Below, in pieces: positions 30,601 to 40,900 of a stretch of DNA of 64,000 nucleotides. The stretch covers positions 32,001-96,000 of IMG/VR virus record IMGVR_UViG_3300034103_001746; one strand, written 5' to 3'. The position numbers were made by a program, and so were the translations under genes. Each line of letters begins with the position of its first letter. Within the stretch, counting starts at the first letter, position 1. The notes beneath the pieces are model-generated. The model was not told the DNA's origin, did not search any database, and saw only the letters and a list, made by a program, of their open reading frames with translations. This DNA comes from a virus.

Positions 30601-33600
30601 AGGTTCCGCACTAGAATCTGTGATAGGTGTTATCGGTGCCCCTTATGTACAAAAAACCGAAGAAAGTAAATCTATTGACTTTCGAGAAGGATTAGGATCA
30701 GCGGCAAAATTATTTGGTTTGCCTAAATCAAATATACCTACTGATGTTACTAGAACTCTTGGTGGCAACGGTAAAAGTCTTAATGATATGATTGGCCAAA
30801 TCGATAGATATTTAAAAAATTATAAAAAATTTCCAGTTAAAAAAGCATTAGGTGGATTGATACAGGAGTTTGCTCAAGGAGGATCCCCTGAAGATACTGT
30901 TCCAGCGCTATTAACTCCAGGCGAGTTTGTTATTAACAAGAAGGCTGCCGCTAGAATAGGATCCGCCACACTTCATAAATTAAATCATGCTGATAAAGTA
31001 CAAGGATTTAATAGAGGTGGTCCAGTTGGAGGGGTTTATAGATTTGCTAGAGGTGGATCAGCACCAGGAGACTATACTGCTAATATAGAAGGAGCAGTAC
31101 AAAGAGCGTTTCAAGATTTTGATGGTTTTATGAAAACTTTTGGCGATATGGTAAGTAGTAGAAGAGATGCTTTATATAAGCAAAATCGTAGATCAGGTAT
31201 GTCAGCAAGTGATGCTAAACAAAGTGCTGATATTCAAGCAAGAGGAGAAGGTGCTCAGTATTTAGCTGATAGAGGCATTATCAGACAAGGAGTGGCAACC
31301 GGATTAGGTAGAACATTGAATCCATCTGGTCCAGAAGCTCAGGCTGGGGCTAGATTTATTGTTCAAAGCATGCAAAAAGCCGCACAAGCTTCACAACAAG
31401 TGGCTCAAAATTCTAGCAAGACAGCTGGGTTTTTTGATAAATTAAAATCTACAGCATCATCAGCTGCCACTTCTATCGGTGGATTTTTAGGCAGATTCAG
31501 AGGTGGCAATCTTACTCCGGAAGAAAGACAAGCTAAACAAAATAGAAGAATGGCAATTGCAAACGCTGGTATGGCAGCCACATTTGCTTTACCTATGTTA
31601 GCAGATCAATTGGGTGGTTCTATTGGTGGTAAAACCGGCGCTGGTATTGCTGGTGCAGCCACGGGTTTCGGTACCGCTGTTGGTATAGGTTCTCAATTTG
31701 GTCCTTATGGAGCTTTGGCTGGAGCTATCGCCGGTACTGTTATGGCTATTGATGGATATAATCAAGGTATTATTCAGAGAGAAAAAGAAATCAGTGAAAA
31801 GAAAATCGAGACAGAAAGCAAAACAGCTGATACATCTTTACAAAACTTAGAAAAAAACCCCAATAATATAGCCGCAACATCAGCCGTAGTGAACAGTATA
31901 CAAAGGATGGCCACGGAAGAAGATAAGATTATGTCTAATAATCGAGAGTTGAGAAAGCCCACAACTCTACAAACTGTGGGATCTTATCTATCGTTTGGTT
32001 ACTATAAACCAGGACAACAAAGTAATGAAGAGATTGGCCAACAAAATACTGCTGCAAATAGAGCCGCTTCGGATGCTGCTATGCAACTATTAACAACCAA
32101 AGTTAATAGTGGTATGGGATTTGATGCTGCTTTAGCGTCAACTGGTAATGCGGCACTAATAAAAGAACAAATTGCTCAAGGTGTTGGTGGAGAGTTTGCT
32201 ACAAAAGACGCTTCTTTACGAGAAACAAGAGCTAAATTTGCCGGAAAAACAGACTCCACCAGCAAAGAAATAGTTGCTCAATTAGATCAAAATATAAAAG
32301 CTAATGCTGATGCTGCTTTTGCTTCTGCTACGGCTGGTCTTAAAGCTGCGGACGCTGATATACAGAGAGCCAAGGCCGCTCAAAAAGTGGCAAAAGCATT
32401 AAATTTAGCTAGCGTTAGTATTGATCGTACATTCTCTAATATGGAGTCTGCGATTAGTAAAGCTAGCGCCCAGTTAGAAATGTCCGGTGAAGACTTAGAT
32501 GCTATTGCTAGTGGAAGAATTTCTACCAAAACCAGATTCTCGCAGCAAAATGTACTAGAAAACCCAAATGCTTATTCTAGCGCAGAGAGAAGCGCTGCTG
32601 TTAAACAAGCTGGTAATGTTTTTGGACAAGACTTTGCTTTTGTTAGCAAATTAACAGATGTTGGTAATAATATTAAGAATACTATGACTCGTATGGGTGT
32701 TGAGGCTCAACAATCTGGCAAACCAAAAGAAATGGTTGCGGAAGAAATTCAAAGAACAGTAGATAAACAACTTAGAGATGCTTTTGGAGATAATAATTTA
32801 AGTAGACAAATTAGCGAACAACTTAAATTAGCATTACAAAACCAATTAGTGGATAAAGAATCTAAAGAAATAGATCTTGATAAGTTAATGGCCGAGACTA
32901 CAGGTTTAACTAACTTATTAGAATCTGAGAAAAAAGCGTACAAAGCATTAGCCGATGCTGCTAAGTTAGCTACAGATTCTATAAATCAATATAGTGATCA
33001 AATAGATAAAGCTAATGCTATGCTTAATGAAGTTAATGGCATGAGAGGCGATGCTATTGCTACTAAAGCATCTAATGACTTTAGACTTACAGAGGTTTTA
33101 GGTGGCAAAGTCTCATTAAGAGATAGATTTGGAGCAAGATTAGAAGAAGGAGCCGCAAGAGCTGGTGTCAAAGCTAATCAATTTAATTTACCAAGCCTAC
33201 AAAACAGATTAACACAACTGTCTACCAATATTAATGCAACTAATAATGCTAAAAATAATTTTCAACAAAATAACGCTATTACAGATCCTAAAACAATACA
33301 AGGTGTAGCTAATTTTAATAGAACTATTAGCTCATTAAACAACGATATTGAAAATACTAAAAGAGCTATTAAAGATTTACCAAAAGATATTCAAGGATTT
33401 ATAGATGATACTTTTAATGAATTACAAAAGAAAGTTAGTGATTTTGAAACCAAACAACAGGCCGGAGCATCTTTTGGAGAAAAATTAGTCACAAGTACCC
33501 CACAAGAATTATTGGATTTAAATAATACATATACTTTAGTTAATAATACATTAAATGGCCAAGTTAGAACCATTCAACAGTCCATATCTGCACAACAGGC

Positions 33601-36600
33601 TTATGCTAAAGTTATAAACGATGGTGGCAATGCTGTGGATGCTATGAGCGCTGCTCAAAATGCTTTTGCCGGTGAAAATAGAGCAGCCTTTAGTATGTTT
33701 AGTGAATTAATTAGTGTGGCTGGTATAGAAAAGCCTCAAGCCAATCAAATGAGAGCGGATTTCCTTGAAAACATGGCTAAGTCTCAAGGAATGAATTTAC
33801 AAAATAACCCACTATTAAATTCTATTGTCGCGAATTTAAGAAAAGAACCGGGTGAAGATCCAGAAATTAAAAAACTTAGAACTCTTTATCAAGATTTACA
33901 AAAGGCTCAACAAGATGCTGCCGACGCAGCTAGAACAATGGTTGTTGATGATGCTACTAAGCTTATTAATGCTGCTGGAATCGCAGTAACTAAAGCTATT
34001 GAAACTGCTAGAATTAGCTTTAATGAACAACAATTAAATGATGTTGGGCTAGGTATTAGTAGACCATCTCAAGTCATGAATAAGTCTGAGGGCGGTGTTG
34101 TTTATGCTAGTAATGGTAAATTTATACCAAAAGGTACAGACACAGTACCAGCAATGCTAACACCAGGAGAGTTTGTTGTTAATGCTAAAGCTGCTAGTAG
34201 TCATTTACCATTATTAAATGCTATTAATAAATCTAAGGGTGGTGTTATACAGTATTTATCTGCTGGTAGTGATAATCCTGTTGGATATACAGGATCACCA
34301 ATGGATAGATATAGATTAGCTCGTCAGATGTTCGGTCCCTCTCATAGAATTACTCTTAGAGAAGGTGCTGCTGCTGGTTTAAATCTCAATAGTCTTGGTA
34401 ATCAAATAGATCCCTATTTAGCAGATCCGAATCGTGGTAGAGTATCTCAAGCACAAGCAGATGCAATTATAGACGATCATAATCGTAGCGCTAGACAGTA
34501 TAGTTTAGATAATGATTTTGTAAATCAAAAACCAACTCCATCAACACCTAAATCAAGCAGACCAAGTTTAGGACAAAGAGTACGAGAGGGTTTTAATTAT
34601 GGAATGGGGGCTATTAGAAATGGTGCTTCTGCTGTTGGTGAATATTTAGGAGACATGGGTAGATTTGCTAATAGACCATATGCCGATGCCGATGCTGCCG
34701 AAGGCATAATGAGTGGCTTGTGGAGAACAGGAGTAAGAGTTGTTAGAGGTATTGGTTATGCTGGGGTTACAGGAACAACAGGATTGGGTCGTGTTGCAAG
34801 TTCTTCGAATTTAGGTGGTGGTTTAGCCACAGCTGGTGCTGGTATGGCTGTTGATTTTGCTCTCGGACAAGCCGGTGTTTCAGAGGGTGCTAGAAGTTTG
34901 GTGGGTGCTAGCATAGATGCTGGTAGTACACTACAACAAGGCACTCAAATAGGTATGGGCGCTGCCGCTTCTGCTAGAATTTTAGCAGAGCTTGGTATTC
35001 AATCAGCGTATGAGATTGGTAGTGCCATTTATGATAATAAAGCTTATGTAAATAAAAAACGAGAAGAAGGTGATGCTCAACAACAAGCCAGAAATGATTA
35101 TGGTGTTGTTGGAGGTGTTAGCAGCAATATTCTAGGTAATATTTTTGGAACAGATGCTAGTATATATAGACCGGGAACATGGATTCCAGGCAGAGGTATT
35201 CCTGCTGCCATAGGTAGACTAGTGCAAACTGTTAACGACACCGAAACTGCGCAAAAAGCAGCGGTAAATTCTCAGAAGGCCGTAGAAGCAAAACAAGCAG
35301 AGATGAATTCTAAGTATGAAATGAAAATGACAGATGGACAAACTAGAGCACTTGGTGTTCAGGGTGAACAATGGGTAAGAAGAAGGACAGAACTAGAGAT
35401 GGAAAGAGCGACTCTGGGTGAGGCTGAATACAATGCGCGTTTAGCTAATCTAGAAGCTGATAGAAATGCTGTAAATGTTCAAAAGGGTTGGTTTAGTAAT
35501 ACAACCACTCGTAGAATGAGCGCTAGTAATGCTGATTTAAATTATGCATACCAACAAAACTATAGAACAGCACAAGATAATCAAAAACAACAAAATGCAG
35601 CAGAAACAGCCAGAAGAGATGCAGAAGCGCAAAAACAAAGAGAAGAAGCTGAAAGAAAAGCTAAAGAAATAGAAACACAACAACAGCAAACTCAACAAAC
35701 TATGACAGCAATTGGTAATGGAACAATAGCTTTATGGAATAATGCTGTTAATGCATATAATCAAGGAGTACAACAAAAACAAGAAGCAGACACTAGAGCA
35801 TTAGCTGGTAGGGACGCTAGCAGATTTTTAACCAATCCTGCTTCCCCAGCATTAATCACAGACATGAATAAATTAGGGGCAGAGAGAGCAGCAAAGCTAG
35901 CAGAACTAGCAAAGACTCCGCTTTCTGATCCTATGACACCTGAACAAAAGAGGCTTCAAGATGAGATATATGGTATTAATCAAAGAATAGTTGATTCTAA
36001 TCGCGCCATATTTGCCAAAAGCAGCAATAAAGAACTACAAGACGAATGGGCACAATATAATAAGATGCAAGATAGAGCCGCTAAAAAGGCCGCAATTGAA
36101 CAAGTTAAGCAAAAGAAATTACAACAAACTCAAGCTATTAATAAAGAACTTAAGCTTAGAGAAACACTTTCTAAGGCTACGGGTTTGTCCGTTCCTCAAG
36201 ATCCTGAAAAATTAGCCAATTGGAGAGATAAAGTTCTCAAGAAGATTCAAGATAAATTCTATTTAAGCGGAGATACCGCCAAAGATATAGAATTAATGAC
36301 CTCATACGGTATGAGTCCAGATTTAGCAAAAACAATTCTACGGCCAATGACAGATGCTCAAAAATCTGCTGTATATGATATTATGGCTAGTCAAACCCAA
36401 GGAGGCGTTGCTAAATATAGTGATAATGATCTTAAACTATTAAAAATGAGCGAAGAAGAAATTGTCAAACAAAGAGCTACTGCAACAGAACAATATGGTG
36501 GAGAACGTCAGTCTTTAGCCATTAAAAATGAATCACGTAGACAAAAACTTGAAAGAGCTAGAGAAAAAGAGTTCGGTAAAGCTGTTAAACAAATGGGTAG

Positions 36601-37897
36601 ATTTAACGCTTTAGCACAAAAAGGTATGAGTGGTTCACCAGGACAACAAAGAGCTATTCAAAGTAATTTATTTAAGAAACTATCTAAGGCAGGATATATT
36701 GACCCATCGTTGAGCGCAGAAGAAAATACTCAAAAATTATCCGCTTTAAATATGGGTCAAACAGCTTCTTTCCTATATCCAAATCAAGCTGGTGGTATGT
36801 TAGCAATGAAAAAATCTCGCGGAGGCATAATTTATGCTGCTAAGGGTCAGCTAATTAATTTTCAGCCACAAGGCACGGATACTGTTCCTGCTATGTTAAC
36901 ACCAGGAGAGTTTGTGGTTAATGCAAAAGCCACCCAAGCACATCTTCCATTATTAAAGGCTATTAATAAACAAAGAGGAGGCCATATTGGATATTATGAT
37001 GCTGGTGGCACAGTAGAGTCATCATTATTAAGAAATCAGCAATCTGTTGCTAACGTGTCCAATAGACAAGATCAAACACTGCGTTCAATATATAGTCAAA
37101 CTAATTCTATTAATAGAAAAACATCCTCAATAGATAATAGTAATTCAGCAATAGAGCAGAATATTCAAGAAAATTATAATAGTACTAATAAAGATCTTGG
37201 TAGATTACAGTCTACGGCCGCTAAAACTCTTGACTCTTCTGAATCTACAAGAATGGATCTACAAAATACTGGATATATTAATAGGTTTAATAAAGGTGGT
37301 GTGGTATATGCCGCTAATGGAATGCTAATACCTTATCAGCCAAAAGGCACTGACACTGTTCCAGCAATGCTAACGCCCGGGGAATTTGTAATAAATAGAA
37401 ACGCAACTGCTAAAAATTTACCATTACTTCAAGCTATTAATAATGGCGGTACATCATTTATGGCCAGGGGTGGTCAAGTAAATTATATGGCTGGTGGTGG
37501 ATTATTGGGTCAAATTTTAACTCCAATGTTTAATTCTTTTGTTTTATTAAATGAGTCTATCAAACAAAGCATTAAGGCGTTACAAGATTATCAAAGACAA
37601 TTAGCATCAACACAGCCAAATAGTGTATCTACTAATGGTGGCGCTGGACAGCTTGCTGGTCTAGATGGATTAGGCCAGTTTGTAGTAAAATTTGATCAAT
37701 TTATTGCCGCAGTAAATGCGATCAACTTACCACCAGTTATTAGTTTACAAGTAGCACCAATACAAGTAAATATTACAGGAGCAGAAGCATTGACTCAAGC
37801 ACTACAAGGACCAATGGGAGAAATGCTAACCAAGCAAATTAGTTCAGCATTCGGTAGACTATCTGCGGCTACAGAAGGAGCATTACAAGTAGGTTAA
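27611..37897 (+). CDS. Tail tape measure protein (3428 aa), modular
   Basis: Has a TP901-family TMP domain at about aa 150-420 (FNKELVRVAQVT...LAQAG...RESAETIATGLRTIFTRI), Ala/Gln-rich helical composition and hydrophobic Gly-rich segments. It lies downstream of the tube and chaperone genes. Confidence 0.9.
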   Translation: MSRGFNLTAEINLRGPANIRTVVADIRRQLGTITADVNVRVSPNATRNITAINQALSRLNTTLSDTNRLATQATTTLNGLANAGRQVSTSLSNLPRTIQNSASAVTQLNNRTNQAAQNLQVARTEFEEFGRQSALAVRRFAAFATVTGAIFKVSNAISSASAEFVAFNKELVRVAQVTDTSVSNLGGLVKEITSLSTRFGVASKELIQVSSTLAQAGLSARDTEKALQALALSAMAPSFDSLNDTVEGSIALMRQFNIGAKDLEKALGSVNAVSAKFAVEASDIITAIQRTGGVFAAASRGVSEGTDALNQFIAVFTSVRATTRESAETIATGLRTIFTRIQRSGTIDALKEYGVVLTDLQGKFVGPYEAVRKLAEGLNQLDPRDLRFSRIVEELGGFRQIGKVIPLIQQFATAQQALIVAQKGQGSLANDAATAQQALAVKISKVREEFIALIRSVGQSDSFQNFVKLSLDLASALIKVADSAKGVLPALTAIAAIRGVSFLTQFSRGFAGGLRRQNSGGPVRGFASGGLVPGVGNGDTVPAMLTPGEFVIRKKAVETIGTENLAKMNRGGNVQKFGMGRGVKGRRGARSRFKELTSEEMDSLSTPDLIKYGKALARDIFSTGGAGLVTSSKFIPVPQERITPELEPHLQNYLGKKGYWKPEVSKFGRMDETKISKQKNKLSREEALKKQESRLSDEVAARAQQWTKIRTGSSIDNYLLSVLKDPILTDYKTARSGSSLSKPFHNTRLRQEVNKALEQFDDFDYSAGNIDKLVSSFAAKKFADGGMVQKFMAGTFVKKIQPKNKQPKILTKLQEQLLSNVESLGGPSRVGQLAFNALNDIDRRAYSVSYPKDIQNIVKSNSIKSASPTILDKIQYFVSKAKENIAKTKEQESQKQNKIDEQIKSNNYLEFAIAGLRQGGGFPSAITEITPETQQTVKLYSGSLNNRQGKKIERKLFQDFRNTIAKIASSLSSTINAQPNLNLLDQSINNSGFSNVVGSALESVIGVIGAPYVQKTEESKSIDFREGLGSAAKLFGLPKSNIPTDVTRTLGGNGKSLNDMIGQIDRYLKNYKKFPVKKALGGLIQEFAQGGSPEDTVPALLTPGEFVINKKAAARIGSATLHKLNHADKVQGFNRGGPVGGVYRFARGGSAPGDYTANIEGAVQRAFQDFDGFMKTFGDMVSSRRDALYKQNRRSGMSASDAKQSADIQARGEGAQYLADRGIIRQGVATGLGRTLNPSGPEAQAGARFIVQSMQKAAQASQQVAQNSSKTAGFFDKLKSTASSAATSIGGFLGRFRGGNLTPEERQAKQNRRMAIANAGMAATFALPMLADQLGGSIGGKTGAGIAGAATGFGTAVGIGSQFGPYGALAGAIAGTVMAIDGYNQGIIQREKEISEKKIETESKTADTSLQNLEKNPNNIAATSAVVNSIQRMATEEDKIMSNNRELRKPTTLQTVGSYLSFGYYKPGQQSNEEIGQQNTAANRAASDAAMQLLTTKVNSGMGFDAALASTGNAALIKEQIAQGVGGEFATKDASLRETRAKFAGKTDSTSKEIVAQLDQNIKANADAAFASATAGLKAADADIQRAKAAQKVAKALNLASVSIDRTFSNMESAISKASAQLEMSGEDLDAIASGRISTKTRFSQQNVLENPNAYSSAERSAAVKQAGNVFGQDFAFVSKLTDVGNNIKNTMTRMGVEAQQSGKPKEMVAEEIQRTVDKQLRDAFGDNNLSRQISEQLKLALQNQLVDKESKEIDLDKLMAETTGLTNLLESEKKAYKALADAAKLATDSINQYSDQIDKANAMLNEVNGMRGDAIATKASNDFRLTEVLGGKVSLRDRFGARLEEGAARAGVKANQFNLPSLQNRLTQLSTNINATNNAKNNFQQNNAITDPKTIQGVANFNRTISSLNNDIENTKRAIKDLPKDIQGFIDDTFNELQKKVSDFETKQQAGASFGEKLVTSTPQELLDLNNTYTLVNNTLNGQVRTIQQSISAQQAYAKVINDGGNAVDAMSAAQNAFAGENRAAFSMFSELISVAGIEKPQANQMRADFLENMAKSQGMNLQNNPLLNSIVANLRKEPGEDPEIKKLRTLYQDLQKAQQDAADAARTMVVDDATKLINAAGIAVTKAIETARISFNEQQLNDVGLGISRPSQVMNKSEGGVVYASNGKFIPKGTDTVPAMLTPGEFVVNAKAASSHLPLLNAINKSKGGVIQYLSAGSDNPVGYTGSPMDRYRLARQMFGPSHRITLREGAAAGLNLNSLGNQIDPYLADPNRGRVSQAQADAIIDDHNRSARQYSLDNDFVNQKPTPSTPKSSRPSLGQRVREGFNYGMGAIRNGASAVGEYLGDMGRFANRPYADADAAEGIMSGLWRTGVRVVRGIGYAGVTGTTGLGRVASSSNLGGGLATAGAGMAVDFALGQAGVSEGARSLVGASIDAGSTLQQGTQIGMGAAASARILAELGIQSAYEIGSAIYDNKAYVNKKREEGDAQQQARNDYGVVGGVSSNILGNIFGTDASIYRPGTWIPGRGIPAAIGRLVQTVNDTETAQKAAVNSQKAVEAKQAEMNSKYEMKMTDGQTRALGVQGEQWVRRRTELEMERATLGEAEYNARLANLEADRNAVNVQKGWFSNTTTRRMSASNADLNYAYQQNYRTAQDNQKQQNAAETARRDAEAQKQREEAERKAKEIETQQQQTQQTMTAIGNGTIALWNNAVNAYNQGVQQKQEADTRALAGRDASRFLTNPASPALITDMNKLGAERAAKLAELAKTPLSDPMTPEQKRLQDEIYGINQRIVDSNRAIFAKSSNKELQDEWAQYNKMQDRAAKKAAIEQVKQKKLQQTQAINKELKLRETLSKATGLSVPQDPEKLANWRDKVLKKIQDKFYLSGDTAKDIELMTSYGMSPDLAKTILRPMTDAQKSAVYDIMASQTQGGVAKYSDNDLKLLKMSEEEIVKQRATATEQYGGERQSLAIKNESRRQKLERAREKEFGKAVKQMGRFNALAQKGMSGSPGQQRAIQSNLFKKLSKAGYIDPSLSAEENTQKLSALNMGQTASFLYPNQAGGMLAMKKSRGGIIYAAKGQLINFQPQGTDTVPAMLTPGEFVVNAKATQAHLPLLKAINKQRGGHIGYYDAGGTVESSLLRNQQSVANVSNRQDQTLRSIYSQTNSINRKTSSIDNSNSAIEQNIQENYNSTNKDLGRLQSTAAKTLDSSESTRMDLQNTGYINRFNKGGVVYAANGMLIPYQPKGTDTVPAMLTPGEFVINRNATAKNLPLLQAINNGGTSFMARGGQVNYMAGGGLLGQILTPMFNSFVLLNESIKQSIKALQDYQRQLASTQPNSVSTNGGAGQLAGLDGLGQFVVKFDQFIAAVNAINLPPVISLQVAPIQVNITGAEALTQALQGPMGEMLTKQISSAFGRLSAATEGALQVG
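29225..37390 (+). repeat. Five dispersed DTVPA(M/L)LTPGEFV repeats within the TMP
   Basis: Copies start at 29225, 30893, 34139, 36878 and 37352. The peptide is nearly invariant while synonymous sites have diverged. Confidence 0.95.
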
Positions 37898-37922
37898 TTT
37901 TTTTAAAAGGGTTGTATAAACT

Positions 37923-40900
37923 ATGAGCCAAAATATTACCACAGAAACATTGTATATTGGTACTGGTGTTCCATATAATAATATTATATCAGCATCTGGT
38001 GGCACCAATACTGTTTTTAATCAAAATAAACTAAATATAGACTTTGAAGTTAGAGGCACAGGTAATTATGCTTCTTTGTATTATGATGCTTCTACTGGTA
38101 GATTAGGCATAGGCACAGGACTCCCCGATGCTGTGCTTCACGTTATTGCTCCGTGCGCTAAAGATGGATTAATAGTAGAAAGTATCACAAATTGTCCTAC
38201 TGGAGTAACTTTATTATTAGTTCATAATCCACAGACCCCACCACAAACTGGTAGTTATCCAGCTATGATTACATTAGCTGGTCGTGATACCAACTATAAT
38301 GAAATTGCTTATGGTCAAATCAAATCCAGAATTTTAAGTCCTGTTACATCCGCAACTAGTGGAGAAATTTTATTTTTAGTTGATCATACAGGAGTAGCTA
38401 AAGAAGTTTTTGTAGCAGGTTTGACCAATTTAGTTTTAGGGGCTAATAATAGTGTGTCTGGTTTTTCTTATGAAGTATTGGGTCATAAGAATATCGGATC
38501 TGGAAATTATTATCTCACTATAGGATCAAATAACTCTGGATCATTAATGACTAATTCATTAAATATTGGTAATGATAATATCTTACGTGGACCTCAGATA
38601 TTTGCCATATCTAATGATTCTGTATTAAATGGTAGTGGGTTGTTTGTTCTTGGACTAGATAATACTGTTTCTGGTAATAACTCTGTTTTCTGCGGATCCG
38701 CTATATATGCAACAGGATCCAATAGCTTATTTGTTGCTAATAATAGTATAGTGCGAGGAAGCTACGGGGTCGGACTGGTGCAAAATGCTATGGTATCAGG
38801 ATTATCTGGTGTTATTTTAGGTACAAATTCTTTTGTTTCTGGTAATAATAATATCGCTATAGGTAATGACAATGCAATCGTTGGTAGTTCAACAAATGCT
38901 ATAGGTTCTTCCGTAGTCAGTTCTGGTAATAGAAATGTGGTTTTTGGTAATGATGTATTTTTGAGCGGACATAATTTAATTGCTATAGGTTCTAATCAAA
39001 TTGCATCCGGAATTAATAACGGTATTTTTATTGGTAATGATTTTGATCTTTTAAACACAGAGAATGTTCTTTATGTTGGTTTTAACAATACTACCGAGTC
39101 CGGATTAGTAAACAGTGTAGTGTTGGGTGCCAATAATGATTTAGATAATGGCTCTTTATCTAATGTTATTCTATTAGGTCAATATAATCTTACTAAAGAT
39201 ATATATAATTCAGTTATTATAGGCAATACTAATAATACCAGTGGAACATTAAAAAATAATATTTTAATTGGTAGTGGAAATGCCTTGATAGCGAATAATT
39301 ACAATAATATATTTTTAGGAGCACTAAACAATCAAACTGGAGTTTATATTAACTCTCAGGGTGAGGTTAGTGGTAACGCCAGAGCTATTAATGCCAATAA
39401 TACTAACTCAATATCTATTGGCACCAATAATTTATCAACCCTTAGTAATTCTAACGTGTTTGTTGGTAATAAAAATATAGTATCCGGGTTGAATGTTAGC
39501 GTTCTTGGATCATTCAATAATACCAGAAATACCAACAGAGTTTATATACTTGGTAATTCTAATTATGTTGAAGGTGAAAATCTTATTATTCTAGGTAAAA
39601 ATATTCTTGCCCTAGGCAAAGATATCATTGGGATGAACAATACGAATAGTCCTATGGATATTTATGGTAGTGGCTCTGTGTCTATTGGTAACAATACAGT
39701 TGTTTGCAGTGGTATAGCAGTCGGTTATGGTAATAATATGAATGGTGTTTCTGGTTTAATCTATGGTAAAAATAATACCTTGGGATTAGCCAAGCATATG
39801 TTCACTTTTTCTACTATCACACCATCTCAGTTAAATATTAATGGATTAGTTGGGGCGTTTTATAAAGCAAATGACGAAGTATTAGTACAGGTTAAAAATC
39901 CAGCTGGGACAGATAATTTATATAAATTTCAATTAAATTCTGTAGTAGAAGACGTATTTAATACTACTACGACACTAAATCTTGGTGGTGTTATTAATAC
40001 TGCTGGATTATCTAATAGATACTATGCTATTAATAATTCTTTTGATGATAATAATAACCCAACGATTACTGGTAGTGGTATCGTTATAGCCTTAAAGAAT
40101 TATGAAGAGTCCAAATTTTATGGCTCTAATAATATAGTTGTTGGAAGTACGAACACCGTAAGATACAGCGATAGTATCATTATCGGTAATAAAAACGTAT
40201 CTTCAGGAAATAATAGTATAGTTATTGGTCATAATATTAGTGGTGTTAATGATGGAGCCGTACATATTGGTACATCCAATGCGAATAAATTAATATTAGA
40301 TAATGAGCAAATAGTTATTAATAGCGGTACTGTACAAGAAAAAATAGTTATTCGTGGATATAATGGTAATATAGTAGAGTATCATGATTTAATTAATTCT
40401 AGACTAGGTATTAATAATACAGTTCCAAGATCAAGTTTAGATGTTAGTGGCACGGTTACAGCCGAAGCTTTTAGAATGGGCTTATCTACCACTAGCGGTT
40501 CTGTATTAACAGCTAATTCTAGTGGTATAGCTTCTTGGGTATTGCCAGTTAATTTATCTGGTACAAACCAAGGTTTATTATTTAGAGTGAGTGATAAAGT
40601 AGCTAGTGGTATTGATAGTATTAGATATGTTAGTGCCAGCACCGGTATTAATTTTTATGATAATATCTATATATTAAGAAATTCCGGTATCATAATAAAT
40701 GCTGATAAAGGTAGTAATATTTTACCAGTTAATTTTACGATTTGGGGATCTGGTGCAGCGTTTGCTCCTAAACTTTTAGAGGTAATTCCCGGACAAAACA
40801 TTACTAATTTTTATCAATTTACAGCAGATTCTGGTTCGCTTACTGGATTATCTGTTAACACAGCACTAAATGTTCCTAGAAGCTTAACTGGTACATTTTT

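Noticed and set aside
29225-37390. TMP repeats as a CRISPR array, inteins or DNA-level mobile repeats
   Set aside because: Spacing is 0.5-3.2 kb and irregular, conservation is at the peptide level with synonymous divergence, and there are no intein C/S...HN termini or LAGLIDADG motifs.
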